From: Candidatus Hermodarchaeota archaeon
GTDB taxonomy: Archaea > Asgardarchaeota > Thorarchaeia > Thorarchaeales > Thorarchaeaceae
Assembly: GCA_048885865.1 (NCBI GenBank)
Contig: JBHLLF010000017.1
Coordinates: forward strand, 314 to 64,313
Reading direction: 5' to 3'
Length of the DNA stretch: 64,000 bases
The notes under the pieces were generated by a model that had not been told where the DNA came from, did no database searches, and saw only the letters and a list, made by a program, of their open reading frames with translations. Position numbers and translations under genes: made by a program. Below are positions 46,976-57,099 of this stretch, one piece after another (positions within the stretch are counted from its first letter, which is position 1; each line of letters starts with the position of its first letter).

Positions 46976-47872
46976 TTGAGTGAATCACGGCGATACATAG
47001 TGGCTAGCGACCCAACTGAAGAAGAGGTGAAGAGGTTTAAGCAGGGATTAGAGTCTTACAACATGGAAAAGACCAATGGGGAGTACAACAGCCCACAACC
47101 CTGGCACAATCTGGTTCTGAAAGATGAAAAGGGTAACGTCATTGGTGGCATCTCCACGAGTACGCTCTACTGGACTCAATATCTTGAAGTGCTGTGGGTC
47201 GACGAAAATTACCGGGGCCTAGGATATGGAAAAGACCTTGTCATAGAATCGCAGAGATTGGCTAAGGATATTGGATGCATATCATCCCATGTATACACAT
47301 TCTCCTGGCAAGCGCCAGAGTTCTATCAGGCAGTTGGTTATGACCTTCTTGTGACCTATGATGGCTATCATAGCGGGATCAAAGAACATGTCTTGATGAC
47401 CCGCCTTGACTCTTTGGATGACAAGCCAGCCTCAAGAGTTGACCCAAATCGGTTTGCAGTAGAATCAGACCCCACAGAAGAAGAGCTCAAAACGGTTCGT
47501 TCGGGGCTTACTGGGAACTTCAACAAGCATGTTCAGAGTGTTATGAAAGAACATCCGCATACCGACTATTGTTCAGTAGCAAAGAATGATGATGGAGAAG
47601 TGATTGGGGGAATAAGTGGTTATACAACCCTTGGGATATTGAACATAGCTGAATTCTGGGTTGATGAGAAACATCGTGGTCTGGGATACGGAAAGGCCCT
47701 ATTGATGCATGCCGAAAATCTTGCCAAAGGAAGGGGATGCATAGCTGGACAGATTGCATGTTTCTCATTTCAGAATCTGGAGTTCTTGAAGAGTCAGGGG
47801 TACGAGATTCTTGGTTTTTCGGATGCGTATCCAAACGATGTTAAGGAGTACTATCTAACCAAGATTTTCTGA
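46976..47872 (+). CDS. Tandem double-GNAT N-acetyltransferase
   Basis: Two acetyl-CoA binding motifs: VDENYRGLGYGKDLV and VDEKHRGLGYGKALL. TTG start with AAGGAGG 7 nt upstream. Confidence 0.8.
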   Translation: MSESRRYIVASDPTEEEVKRFKQGLESYNMEKTNGEYNSPQPWHNLVLKDEKGNVIGGISTSTLYWTQYLEVLWVDENYRGLGYGKDLVIESQRLAKDIGCISSHVYTFSWQAPEFYQAVGYDLLVTYDGYHSGIKEHVLMTRLDSLDDKPASRVDPNRFAVESDPTEEELKTVRSGLTGNFNKHVQSVMKEHPHTDYCSVAKNDDGEVIGGISGYTTLGILNIAEFWVDEKHRGLGYGKALLMHAENLAKGRGCIAGQIACFSFQNLEFLKSQGYEILGFSDAYPNDVKEYYLTKIF

Positions 47873-47956
47873 ATCCTCGTTACGGTCTCTATGAGAGTTC
47901 ATATTCCTAATGGCATGATTCATTTTGATAGAAACGCCAGAATTCAAAGTCCAGAT

Positions 47957-48553
47957 TTAGACCCTGATCGAGCCACGAAATGCCCTAACGCTATAGAAAG
48001 AGGGCGCACTGTTATGATAGACGAAGACATGGTCGTATCTGCGATCAGCGAAAATCGCGCCGCCGAGTTTTCTAATCTCAGCAGGTGTTTTCACCCAACT
48101 CGACGTCTTTGTATCGAACTCTCCAAGTTTCTGCAACTCCCGATATTGCTCTTCCGTTAGAAGCTCAATGCCCATGCCAGCTGCCATGTCAATAGCGTTG
48201 CCCGCTGGACCACCATCTCCCTTCTTTCCCCCACTTCGCTTTTTCCTCGCCTCCTGCCCTTCGTGGTCGTAACAAACATACCTGCGGCCTTCAGGGCTTT
48301 CAGCTGAACAATCATAGAAGATGTATTCGCCCGTCTTCTTATCATGGCCAACAATATCCGGTTCGCCACCAGTTCTTTCCATTTCATTGAGTGACCACAG
48401 TTTTCCAGTATCAGCTTCCAGCTTTGCTCTAACTTTCGCCCATTCAAGACCCTTATGTCGGTTCATGTTCTCTTCAAAACGAGCTTTCAATTTTCTGAGT
48501 AGTTCTTCACGTTGTTTTGGTGACAACTCCCGCTTTGGACTTTCCATTCTCAA
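47957..48553 (-). CDS. DUF4256 family protein
   Basis: LKARFEENMNRHKGLEWAKVRAKLE, WSLNEMERTGGEPD, GEYIFYDCSAESPEGRR and FDTKTSSWVKTP...RYDHVFVYHN match my recollection of DUF4256 sequences. Confidence 0.65.
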   Translation of the reverse strand: MRMESPKRELSPKQREELLRKLKARFEENMNRHKGLEWAKVRAKLEADTGKLWSLNEMERTGGEPDIVGHDKKTGEYIFYDCSAESPEGRRYVCYDHEGQEARKKRSGGKKGDGGPAGNAIDMAAGMGIELLTEEQYRELQKLGEFDTKTSSWVKTPAEIRKLGGAIFADRRYDHVFVYHNSAPSFYSVRAFRGSIRV

Positions 48554-48612
48554 GTTTTGGTCCGCTCCCTTTTCTTGACAATTATTACGATGACCTGATC
48601 ACAGTGGGCGTG

Positions 48613-48646
48613 TTAACTATTTTTAAGCATTGATTTATGGTACGAA
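48613..48646. promoter_or_regulatory. Conserved intergenic element, copy B
   Basis: ttaactatttttaagcattgatttatggtacgaa has 29/34 identity with 46849-46882. It lies 60-93 nt upstream of the DUF4256 start on the minus strand. Confidence 0.45.
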
Positions 48647-48656
48647 ACAACTATAG

Positions 48657-49037
48657 CTAAAGCGGAGCCACAAAGACCCAATTCCATGCATACCAAACAA
48701 TGACCACGTTGAACAGAAGGCTAACAACTATGAGAAATCTATCATAAAGCCCTGGGTACGAACGCACTCCTGCGAGGTTGAAGAGGAAGAGGAATATCGA
48801 AAGGATGATGTTTAGCCATCCAATGATTGGCATTGGTACCACTAAGGTCAGGAAGACCATGACAATTGGAATCAGCATTACTGCTGCCGCCATCATCCAC
48901 ATTGCCTGAGTCGCTTTCTGGCCATCAATTTCTCCCGGCACAAATTCACCACTAAAAATGCGGAGACTATCTCCTAAGAGATAAGTTAACATTAGAGATA
49001 CCCATAATGCTGCTAGGATTATCTGCACATCTTCCAT
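48657..49037 (-). CDS. Small 4-TM membrane protein, DUF6326-like
   Basis: ILAALWVSLMLTYLLGD near the N-terminus and VIVWYAWNW near the C-terminus resemble the DUF6326 pattern. Confidence 0.5.
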   Translation of the reverse strand: MEDVQIILAALWVSLMLTYLLGDSLRIFSGEFVPGEIDGQKATQAMWMMAAAVMLIPIVMVFLTLVVPMPIIGWLNIILSIFLFLFNLAGVRSYPGLYDRFLIVVSLLFNVVIVWYAWNWVFVAPL

Positions 49038-49106
49038 TATTCAATCACCTTCTCGAGTTTATTTCGTGCTGAGATATAACATCTGCTGAATACAACATTC
49101 ACTATA

Positions 49107-50921
49107 TTGGACCTTGAGAGAGAAAGAATAACAGATATCATATGGATAAGTCGTTCTTCTTTTTGTCCTAGAAATGTCGACTTGTGGTGTCAAGCTGTGT
49201 CACGAATCATGAAACTGGGTTATCTGTTCTCCCCTTTTATCAGGTTGATTAATTCTCTGAGAAGGATTGTCTCTACACGTATCAGACTCTATTTCGAACC
49301 GGAACCATCAGACCACATCTACGAAATTGGCACCTGGAAAAATGAACCAACTGTTCAAACGAAATATGGCTTAGTCGTTGGTTTCTCTGACAAAGGCACT
49401 TGGTGCTGGAAAGGAATTCCGTACGCCACTCCTCCAGTAGGGCTGCTACGGTGGAAGGCACCACTTGATCCTATTCCATGGCTTGGTACCCGTAAGGCAA
49501 AGAAATTTGGTAGTTCAGCAGCACAAATAATGATGTTTCTAGGTCCAGGTGGGTCGGAAGACTGTCTCTACCTCAACATCTGGCGTCCAAAGAGCTCAGA
49601 AAGCGATTTGCCAGTTTACCTGTATATTCATGGAGGAGGTAATTCCATAGGTTCCTCTGCCACGTCATCATACTACGGAAATGCCGTGGCTGAAAAATCA
49701 AACTTGCTCTACATCTCTGTCAATTATCGTCTCAGCGCAATGGGCTGGTTTATCCATCCAGCAGTGACAAGCACTGGCTCTCCGGAAGACCAGAGCGGGA
49801 ATTATGGGACTCTTGACCTTATGAAGGCCCTGGAATGGGTGCGGGACAACATCAAGGCTTTTGGCGGAGACCCAAGCAACGTGACAATTGCTGGTGAATC
49901 TGGAGGAGCTTTCAATGCCCTCTCACTTCTAGCTTCTCCCCTTGCAAAGGGACTCTTCCACCGCGCTATTGTTGAGAGTGGTCTGTCATTAATATGGAGT
50001 AATGAACTAGCGGAAAGTCAGAGCAACAAGCTTCTTGCTACCCTCTTGGTGAAGGATCGAAAAGCCAAGGATGAGGATGAAGCCCAGGAGGTCATCAGCA
50101 AGATGCATGATGATGAGATAAACACATACTTCAGATCGAAATCTGCGTTCACAATCATGAAGAACATCCCAGCTAGAGATTTCGGAATGGCAGAGTGGCG
50201 CACTATCTTTACTGACGGAACTGTGATACCCAAGGAGGGGTATGATATCTTTTCATCCGTAGAGTGGACAAACAAAGTTCCAATAATCATTGGTTGTACA
50301 AAGGATGAGATGAAACTCTTTGGATGGTTCAGAAGGAATCCACCACTGAACACTCGACAATACGATCTTGTCTGGAGCTATTCTTCCATGCTATGGCGTG
50401 CAAATGGTGTTGATGAATTGGCCATAAAGATGACCTCTGGAGGTGAAGCACCTGTCTACGTGTATAGGTTCGATTGGGGAAGTGTAGATGAACATGGTGA
50501 GAGCGTTCTTCCAGGAAAGAAGGGTCGAGAACTGGGAGCACATCATGCAGCTGAGATTCCTTTCTTCCTAGGAATGGGTGGAGGCGACATAGCACTGTTG
50601 ACAGGCAAGACACATAGCAAACGTAACCAGCCAGGTCGCCAAAAACTGATTGACCTCTGCATGCAATACCTGGCCAATTTCGCTAGGACCGGGAATCCCA
50701 ACAATGATGACTTGCCTATTTGGCCAGTCTGGGACAACGCAGATGGTGTCGATAAGGGCCTCGTACTTGATGCGGGATTTGACGATTTGCGAATATCCTA
50801 CTTGAAAGAGAAGGTAACCCCTCAGGTTGTATTCAATCTGGTAACGACTGAACTTGAGGGATCCGAACGAGATTTAGTTCTGGCTATGATTAATGATGAT
50901 TTCTTGTCTTTTGGACAATAG
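49107..50921 (+). CDS. Carboxylesterase, type B family (para-nitrobenzyl-esterase-like)
   Basis: GIPYATPPVGLLRWKAP, EDCLYLNIW and the nucleophile elbow IAGESGGAFNA. The real start is probably ATG at 49209 (MKLGY...) rather than TTG at 49107. Confidence 0.85.
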   Translation: MDLERERITDIIWISRSSFCPRNVDLWCQAVSRIMKLGYLFSPFIRLINSLRRIVSTRIRLYFEPEPSDHIYEIGTWKNEPTVQTKYGLVVGFSDKGTWCWKGIPYATPPVGLLRWKAPLDPIPWLGTRKAKKFGSSAAQIMMFLGPGGSEDCLYLNIWRPKSSESDLPVYLYIHGGGNSIGSSATSSYYGNAVAEKSNLLYISVNYRLSAMGWFIHPAVTSTGSPEDQSGNYGTLDLMKALEWVRDNIKAFGGDPSNVTIAGESGGAFNALSLLASPLAKGLFHRAIVESGLSLIWSNELAESQSNKLLATLLVKDRKAKDEDEAQEVISKMHDDEINTYFRSKSAFTIMKNIPARDFGMAEWRTIFTDGTVIPKEGYDIFSSVEWTNKVPIIIGCTKDEMKLFGWFRRNPPLNTRQYDLVWSYSSMLWRANGVDELAIKMTSGGEAPVYVYRFDWGSVDEHGESVLPGKKGRELGAHHAAEIPFFLGMGGGDIALLTGKTHSKRNQPGRQKLIDLCMQYLANFARTGNPNNDDLPIWPVWDNADGVDKGLVLDAGFDDLRISYLKEKVTPQVVFNLVTTELEGSERDLVLAMINDDFLSFGQ

Positions 50922-50930
50922 ATTGGTGAT

Positions 50931-53321
50931 TCAGGTGGCTTCCACTATTTCATTGATTATTTCTATTGTATTTTCAGCAATCCTTGTCGATAGTGCTTTT
51001 TGAATCGTTTTCTTTGCTAGTCTATAGGCTCCTCCGGCTTCAACTTCGAGTTCCAGAAAGACTCCAATACCTGGAGCTTTGTCTTCGAAACTTATTGTGT
51101 ATGTCGTTTTGATTGGGGTGTCAGGCACGAGTTGGAATTTTGTGGATCGTTCAGTTCTAGGTCCTATTTCAACAGTTGAGATTTCTACTCCCCGCTCCAC
51201 AGTAGTTCGCTGTACAACCTTCTCAATTAGCTTACCCATGAATTCTTTGAAATCGGACGGAGCCTCCTTTAGCTCGAGAATTAGTTCCTTACCATCTTCT
51301 TCTTTCTTCTTGCCTTCCACAACAACCCTCACACGTCCGATGTTCTGGACTCGTGCATAGGGAGTTTCAGGATTACCGTTCCTATGCAAGGTTGCTCGAA
51401 TCGCTGGGAAGTACGTGCCCCCATTGGAGAAAGCATAGGTGGTTTCCACCTTCACACGACTGCTCTTTGTATTCTTGAGCTTATGCACTTCCGGATAGTC
51501 TCCATTACCTTCGAAGTCCCATTCCGCACCAACTATTGAACCGACATTTGGCGGTGCTTCGATGACTGCGGAGAACTTGACCTTCTTCCCAGCCTTAACA
51601 TCCGTACGAATACGACCATTCGCTTCGACAGTAATTAGAGGTTGCACACCTTTACGTTCAGAAGGCTTGGCTGGAACTTGGACTTGACCATCTACTACTT
51701 TGTACGAAGTGCTTAGCGGAGGTGATACACCCTTTTCAACCCAGGCGGCTACATCGCGTAGTGCTTGCTGGAGAACTCCTCCATAGTTGATAATACGTGT
51801 AGTGATAAAGGGAGGGGAGTCAAGTGGTGTGATTACTGGGGGTGTGTGTAATGCATTGTCGATATACCATAGTCGGTAATTATCCTCAAAACGCTCACGC
51901 AGTGCCTCTTTCACCTTTGAGCGATACCAATCGGCCTGCCACGCGTAGGCAATCTCGTCTGTGAGCATCTGTACTACAATCATCTTGCCATTGAACTTAC
52001 CTGATTGAATAGAACCAGCACCTGTGTCAGCTCTGAACTCCTCTGTTCGTTGTGGATACAAGGGTTTACCATCTGCATCTCGGAAATAGTCGTAGACATA
52101 GTATTCACGTGACGGAAGCTGATGGCGATGATATGTTTGGGAGGCAAGATATACAGAGTTGTCGATCTCCACTTTGTCTCCAGCCTTGAGACCGGTCAGC
52201 CCCCGAAAGTTCTCCTCACCGAAGGCGATCATGACCATGCTTTCGAATCCCCCTGCAATGTAACAAACACGACCTTCAGCGTCGCCGCTTTTAATGAATA
52301 CTGAGGCACCCTGTAGGTCTCCCTCCGGCAAATCCTCCATTTCCAATGCTGCAGGGACTTCTATGTCACCTTTTGCTCCAGCGGAGTACGATACTGGAAA
52401 GCCCATCTCTCTCAAGTCGTTCAACATCAATGTTTTACTGATAGTAGTCTCGTGATGAATCCGATATGGCTCAAGTGACTCAGGTTTGTCTGCACCGAGG
52501 TAACCTGGAACCTTCCAAAAATCGTCAAAGTATGTCGGATCACGCCTAATAATCTGGTCAAATAAAGTAGTCAATACTCCTGTGTACCCGAATGCAATCA
52601 TTCTGTAATGGAACCAAGCTCGTGGTGGAAATCCCATCATAGTCACTTCTTCGAGAGCGGCGCGTTCCTCGTCGTTTAAGCCGGCATACATGTCGCCGCT
52701 ACCACCAGGCTCTACTGCATCAACAATTGAAGGCATCTTATCTTTCAGTATACGCATAGCATGGGCCTGTACCGAGAAGTTGTGCGGAATGGCTATCGGT
52801 GTAGCGTGAATAAATGGAACAATGCCGTCCCAGACGCCATCTGTGTTCTCTATGCAGCTGATGGTCTTGAATGCACCCCCACTTCCACCCCAAGCATAGC
52901 CATAGGGTCGGTGGTCCCCGTACATCTCAGAGGCCAAGACGCGTGAATACTTTGCCACCGCAGCACTGGTCCTATACCCAACAATAGTGGGATCATCACC
53001 AGTGAACATGTCCATTCTGCCTAGGTTTGATATCACTAGATAGCTGCCACTGTCGATGGCAAAGCCTATTGAGTAGCTTGAAGTCTGAGCCCCTGGTGTT
53101 TCTGCAGTATGCTCATCCCCGGATATCGGTTGGATATATTGGAAGAAACGTCCTTCATATTGCTCCTTTGGGGGGAAGTAGATTGAGAATCGGGCATCAG
53201 TACCTTTGAATCCACCATGGACATGACGATGACGTACGGGCTCGTCTCTCCACTCATCTACATCCACATATGGTTCAGTGAAAAGTGGATCACTTGATTC
53301 GGCAGTCACTCTTGCATTCAA
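50931..53321 (-). CDS. Large alpha/beta-hydrolase-like protein (tannase/feruloyl-esterase-like guess) with a PKD-like beta-sandwich and an extra C-terminal domain
   Basis: Candidate nucleophile elbow YAWGGSGGAFKT. VGAEWDFEGNGDYPE is a PKD-type motif. There is no signal peptide. Confidence 0.45.
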   Translation of the reverse strand: MNARVTAESSDPLFTEPYVDVDEWRDEPVRHRHVHGGFKGTDARFSIYFPPKEQYEGRFFQYIQPISGDEHTAETPGAQTSSYSIGFAIDSGSYLVISNLGRMDMFTGDDPTIVGYRTSAAVAKYSRVLASEMYGDHRPYGYAWGGSGGAFKTISCIENTDGVWDGIVPFIHATPIAIPHNFSVQAHAMRILKDKMPSIVDAVEPGGSGDMYAGLNDEERAALEEVTMMGFPPRAWFHYRMIAFGYTGVLTTLFDQIIRRDPTYFDDFWKVPGYLGADKPESLEPYRIHHETTISKTLMLNDLREMGFPVSYSAGAKGDIEVPAALEMEDLPEGDLQGASVFIKSGDAEGRVCYIAGGFESMVMIAFGEENFRGLTGLKAGDKVEIDNSVYLASQTYHRHQLPSREYYVYDYFRDADGKPLYPQRTEEFRADTGAGSIQSGKFNGKMIVVQMLTDEIAYAWQADWYRSKVKEALRERFEDNYRLWYIDNALHTPPVITPLDSPPFITTRIINYGGVLQQALRDVAAWVEKGVSPPLSTSYKVVDGQVQVPAKPSERKGVQPLITVEANGRIRTDVKAGKKVKFSAVIEAPPNVGSIVGAEWDFEGNGDYPEVHKLKNTKSSRVKVETTYAFSNGGTYFPAIRATLHRNGNPETPYARVQNIGRVRVVVEGKKKEEDGKELILELKEAPSDFKEFMGKLIEKVVQRTTVERGVEISTVEIGPRTERSTKFQLVPDTPIKTTYTISFEDKAPGIGVFLELEVEAGGAYRLAKKTIQKALSTRIAENTIEIINEIVEAT

Positions 53322-53507
53322 TATAATTCACCTACTTCCTTTCAATACAATAAGTGTCAGAAATCGACCTTCTGAAATCTCCATGGCACTAGCAAACAGA
53401 AAAGTCTTGCTTCAGAGATTCGTACATATGAACTTCGAAATATCAGTATCTGTTTCAATTGTGTAGATCTTCAGGGATCAGTGTTGCGGGTTTTCTGGAA
53501 TTAGATT

Positions 53508-53520
53508 AGATATTTAAATG
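53508..53520 (+). promoter_or_regulatory. TATA box upstream of the glycyl-radical enzyme gene (near-leaderless geometry)
   Basis: agATATTTAAATg is centred about 30 nt upstream of ATG 53543. Confidence 0.4.
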
Positions 53521-53542
53521 ACTGAATTACATCATATCCTTT

Positions 53543-56038
53543 ATGACAATTCAGGAGTATAGAGTAGATCCTCTACAGGGAGTTCCTTCTGATCGAGTTC
53601 TAAAGATTAGAGATAGAATGCTATCGATGCCTCGAGAACTTGACATTGAGCGAGCACGATGCTATACAAGAATTTGGAAACAGATGGTAGATTCACCACC
53701 CTGTATGCGAGATGCTAAGGCATTAGAGGAATTCTTACGGTGCATTCCAATTAGGATTGATGATGATGAGCTTCTGGTAGGAGTGAAATCCAGTAAAGTA
53801 AGAGCAGATCCTTTCGAAATAGAACGTGGAATGCACGTGAATCTTCTTAATGTCATCTTTGATGACAGGTTGAAGACAAGACTTACGAAGGGATTTCTCG
53901 GACTTGTTGGAAAGGTAAACAAGAGTGCGAATGCAGCGGTCGATCATCTTTTCCATGCACTTGATCGCTATGTTCCTCTTCCAGAGCAAGAAATCAATGA
54001 GCTGAAACACGAGATTATCCCCTTCTGGAAGGACAAGACGCTGTCTAGTCGAAAATTGGAACTCTTGAGGAATGAGGGGCTATACAGGGATGCTACTGGA
54101 CCAATGGCTGAAATGCTAAACAGTTTTCTAGCCCAGAATCCAGATACTTATACATTAGCAGCCGATACCCAGGGACATGTGATTCCAGGTTTTAGACGGG
54201 TTCTGAAGATAGGCTTCAAGGGAATAGAAGATATGGCTGAAAAAGGCCTCAAAAAGCTCAAAGAAACTGACGAAAACTATGAGCAACGAAAAGACTTCTA
54301 TGAATCAGTTTTGGTAACTTCCAAAGCTGTCTGTGACTATTCTAACCGGTATGCTAAACTTGCTTTGGAGATGGCTGAGAATGCTACGGAGCCAAGAAGT
54401 TCAGAGCTCTTGGAAATAGCTGAACGAGCAAGGAGAGTACCAGCTCTTCCGCCCAGATCATTTATGGAAGCAATTCAATCGGTTTGGATGACGAATGTAG
54501 TCATGGAAATGAGCTACGGTGACGGGAATGTTTTCTCTCAGGGACGAGTAGATCAATATCTCTATCCTTACTATGCCACGGATTTAGCAGAGGGTCGGAT
54601 TACCTATGAAGAGGCCTTAGAACTCGTTGAAGAATACTTGGTCAAGCTTGCATCCGTTGTAATAGCAGGACAGAATAACATTACAATTGGAGGGGTAGAC
54701 AAGGATGGAAATGATGCGACTAATGCTGTGACATATATGTTTCTTGAGGCTATTGCAAATGTAAAGAGCCTTCTAAACACATTATCAATACGAATCTCCT
54801 CCAAATCCTCACATGAGTTTATGAAAAGAGTGATTGAAACGTTTCGATATACTGCGGGAATGGCCATTCACAATGATGATATTCAGATACCACATCTTCA
54901 ACAAGATGGCTATTCGCTAGAAGATGCCCGTGATTACTCAGTTGTTGGATGTGTAGAGCTTACAGGCACCGGAAATGATTTTTCCTACACAGGAGGCAAC
55001 GGAATTTTCATGGCAGTCGTTTTCCATATGGCATTGAATGAAGGACGTGTTCCTATGTCAAGAGGACGACAAGTTGGTGCAAAAACTCCCGACCCTAGTA
55101 CCTTCGAATCCTTTGAGGATGTTAAGCAAGCCTTTGTTGATCAGCTTACTTATGCCATAGATAGATCCGTGAAAATGGCTGAGCTAAAAGACAAAGTATT
55201 TGCAGAACACTTTCCTTCTCCCTTGATTTCTTCTACAATAGAAGGATGTCTGGAGAGTGGAATGGACATCACCCGAAATGGCGCACGCTACAATAATAGC
55301 TGTATGAATGGGCAGGCATTAGGGACAGTAGCTGACTCACTTGCAGCAATTCGATGGGCCGTTTTCGAGGAAAAAATAGTGACAATGGGCGAATTGGTTG
55401 AGCATGTTCGTAATAATTTCAAAGGCGCAGAAGAGCTCAGGCAACAACTAGTGAATAAAGCTCCCAAATATGGAAATGGTGACGAAAAGGCAGATAAAAT
55501 CGCCAAATGGGTCGCAGATGTATTTAGCGAGATTCCAAGAAAATACCATGTGAGGGGTGGGACAGGTATATACCGGGCCAGCCTTGTATCTGCAGCAGGA
55601 TCGCAAGTTAGCGAAGGTCAGATGATAGGAGCTACACCAGATGGAAGATTGCGAGGAGAACCTGTATCTAACGGACTTTCTCCTGTAAATGGCACAGAAA
55701 GGAACGGTCTTACTATGGTACTCCGCTCAGTCGCCGAAGCCTCAAGAGATGCTCTCCTAACTGACGGAGTAGGAGTAAATGTGAGACTTAATCCAAGCTT
55801 GATTGAGGATGATGAGGGAAGAGACAAAATAGCATCTGTAGTAGAAGCCTATTTTGAGCTAGGAGGAAGAGAGCTTCAAATCAATCCAATAAGTTCAGAA
55901 ACGCTGAGAGATGCACAGATTCATCCAGAAAAGTACCCTGACCTATCAGTCAAGGTGACAGGTTACTCTGCACGGTTTATTGACTTAACTAAACCTCTTC
56001 AGGATGATATTATCGCACGAACCGTCTTCAATGAATGA
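53543..56038 (+). CDS. Glycyl radical enzyme, PFL2 / dehydratase-eliminase-like clade
   Basis: C-terminal glycyl radical motif SVKVTGYSARFIDL, and catalytic thiyl loop YSVVGCVELTG (the Cys-x-Glu arrangement of the 1,2-eliminase type). Length is 831 aa. Confidence 0.88.
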   Translation: MTIQEYRVDPLQGVPSDRVLKIRDRMLSMPRELDIERARCYTRIWKQMVDSPPCMRDAKALEEFLRCIPIRIDDDELLVGVKSSKVRADPFEIERGMHVNLLNVIFDDRLKTRLTKGFLGLVGKVNKSANAAVDHLFHALDRYVPLPEQEINELKHEIIPFWKDKTLSSRKLELLRNEGLYRDATGPMAEMLNSFLAQNPDTYTLAADTQGHVIPGFRRVLKIGFKGIEDMAEKGLKKLKETDENYEQRKDFYESVLVTSKAVCDYSNRYAKLALEMAENATEPRSSELLEIAERARRVPALPPRSFMEAIQSVWMTNVVMEMSYGDGNVFSQGRVDQYLYPYYATDLAEGRITYEEALELVEEYLVKLASVVIAGQNNITIGGVDKDGNDATNAVTYMFLEAIANVKSLLNTLSIRISSKSSHEFMKRVIETFRYTAGMAIHNDDIQIPHLQQDGYSLEDARDYSVVGCVELTGTGNDFSYTGGNGIFMAVVFHMALNEGRVPMSRGRQVGAKTPDPSTFESFEDVKQAFVDQLTYAIDRSVKMAELKDKVFAEHFPSPLISSTIEGCLESGMDITRNGARYNNSCMNGQALGTVADSLAAIRWAVFEEKIVTMGELVEHVRNNFKGAEELRQQLVNKAPKYGNGDEKADKIAKWVADVFSEIPRKYHVRGGTGIYRASLVSAAGSQVSEGQMIGATPDGRLRGEPVSNGLSPVNGTERNGLTMVLRSVAEASRDALLTDGVGVNVRLNPSLIEDDEGRDKIASVVEAYFELGGRELQINPISSETLRDAQIHPEKYPDLSVKVTGYSARFIDLTKPLQDDIIARTVFNE

Positions 56039-56041
56039 CAG

Positions 56042-56998
56042 TCAGCGAGTTAGACCAGACCACTTAACATGTTCCACTCCAGTGGTTTTTGCAATATCCA
56101 GAAAATGTCCCATCTGCTCTTCTGTCATTAAAGGCTCGTCTTCCAGAGGCCATGGTATCCCCAGCCTTGAGTATTTTATTGCACAGAGTTTATTGAAGGC
56201 TAACAAGTCCCAGACATCGGGAATATTGCTCAATTCATTTACAATGAATTCTCCAATCCCTTTGACATTCTCTTCCGTGGCAGTGTAGTTGGGGATTAGT
56301 GGTGTACGTATCCACATTATCTTTCCACTTTCTTTGACATAATGAGCCAGCCATTTGGCGTTTTCCAAAATAGTGTTATTTCCAACTCCTGTATATTCCT
56401 GATGCTGTACAGAATCGATGACCTTTAGATCTAAAAGAACTATGTCAATATAGGGAAGCAAATCTTGGTAGACCTTCTGACTTGAGTAGCCACATGTATC
56501 TAATGCAGTAGAGATGTCATTGTCCTTACATAGTTTCAACAATTGCAACAGAAAGTCCGGCTGTAATGTAGGTTCGCCACCAGAAGCAGTGATACCTCCT
56601 TTAGTTTTCTTGAAGAATATCTTTTCCTTCTCAATTTCGCGAAAAATCTCTTCTAGGTCCCACCATTGTCCAAACATAGTCAATGCAGTACTAGGACAAG
56701 CTTCAACGCATTCTCCGCAACTTGTACATCTCTCTCTGTGAATATGCAAAACATCCTTTTCGAATTGCAGAGCCTCTTCTTGACAAGCATTCATACAACG
56801 TTTGCATCCAATACATTTGTGGTCTATCCACTGAAGCTGAGGGTCATTTGGAATTGATTCCGGATTATGACACCAAACGCAATTTAATAGGCATCTATTG
56901 AAATAGATCGTTGTACGAAGACCAGGCCCATCGTCAGTTGTCATTCTTTCAATTTTGAAGATTAATCCTTTCGATTTTGATTCTATAATCGATGCCAC
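56042..56998 (-). CDS. Glycyl-radical enzyme activating protein (radical SAM with two auxiliary 4Fe-4S motifs)
   Basis: Radical-SAM cluster CLLNCVWCHN; ferredoxin-like motifs CIGCKRCMNACQE and CTSCGECVEACP; GGEPTLQ SAM motif. Confidence 0.88.
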   Translation of the reverse strand: MASIIESKSKGLIFKIERMTTDDGPGLRTTIYFNRCLLNCVWCHNPESIPNDPQLQWIDHKCIGCKRCMNACQEEALQFEKDVLHIHRERCTSCGECVEACPSTALTMFGQWWDLEEIFREIEKEKIFFKKTKGGITASGGEPTLQPDFLLQLLKLCKDNDISTALDTCGYSSQKVYQDLLPYIDIVLLDLKVIDSVQHQEYTGVGNNTILENAKWLAHYVKESGKIMWIRTPLIPNYTATEENVKGIGEFIVNELSNIPDVWDLLAFNKLCAIKYSRLGIPWPLEDEPLMTEEQMGHFLDIAKTTGVEHVKWSGLTR

Positions 56999-57099
56999 AT
57001 TGACTCTGAATCGTACATCACCTAATAAGGTTCCTAATCATCAAGGATTATTCAGGTGATTATCTTGACTTTTGGTTGATACTTCCATGCAGTTGGTGG

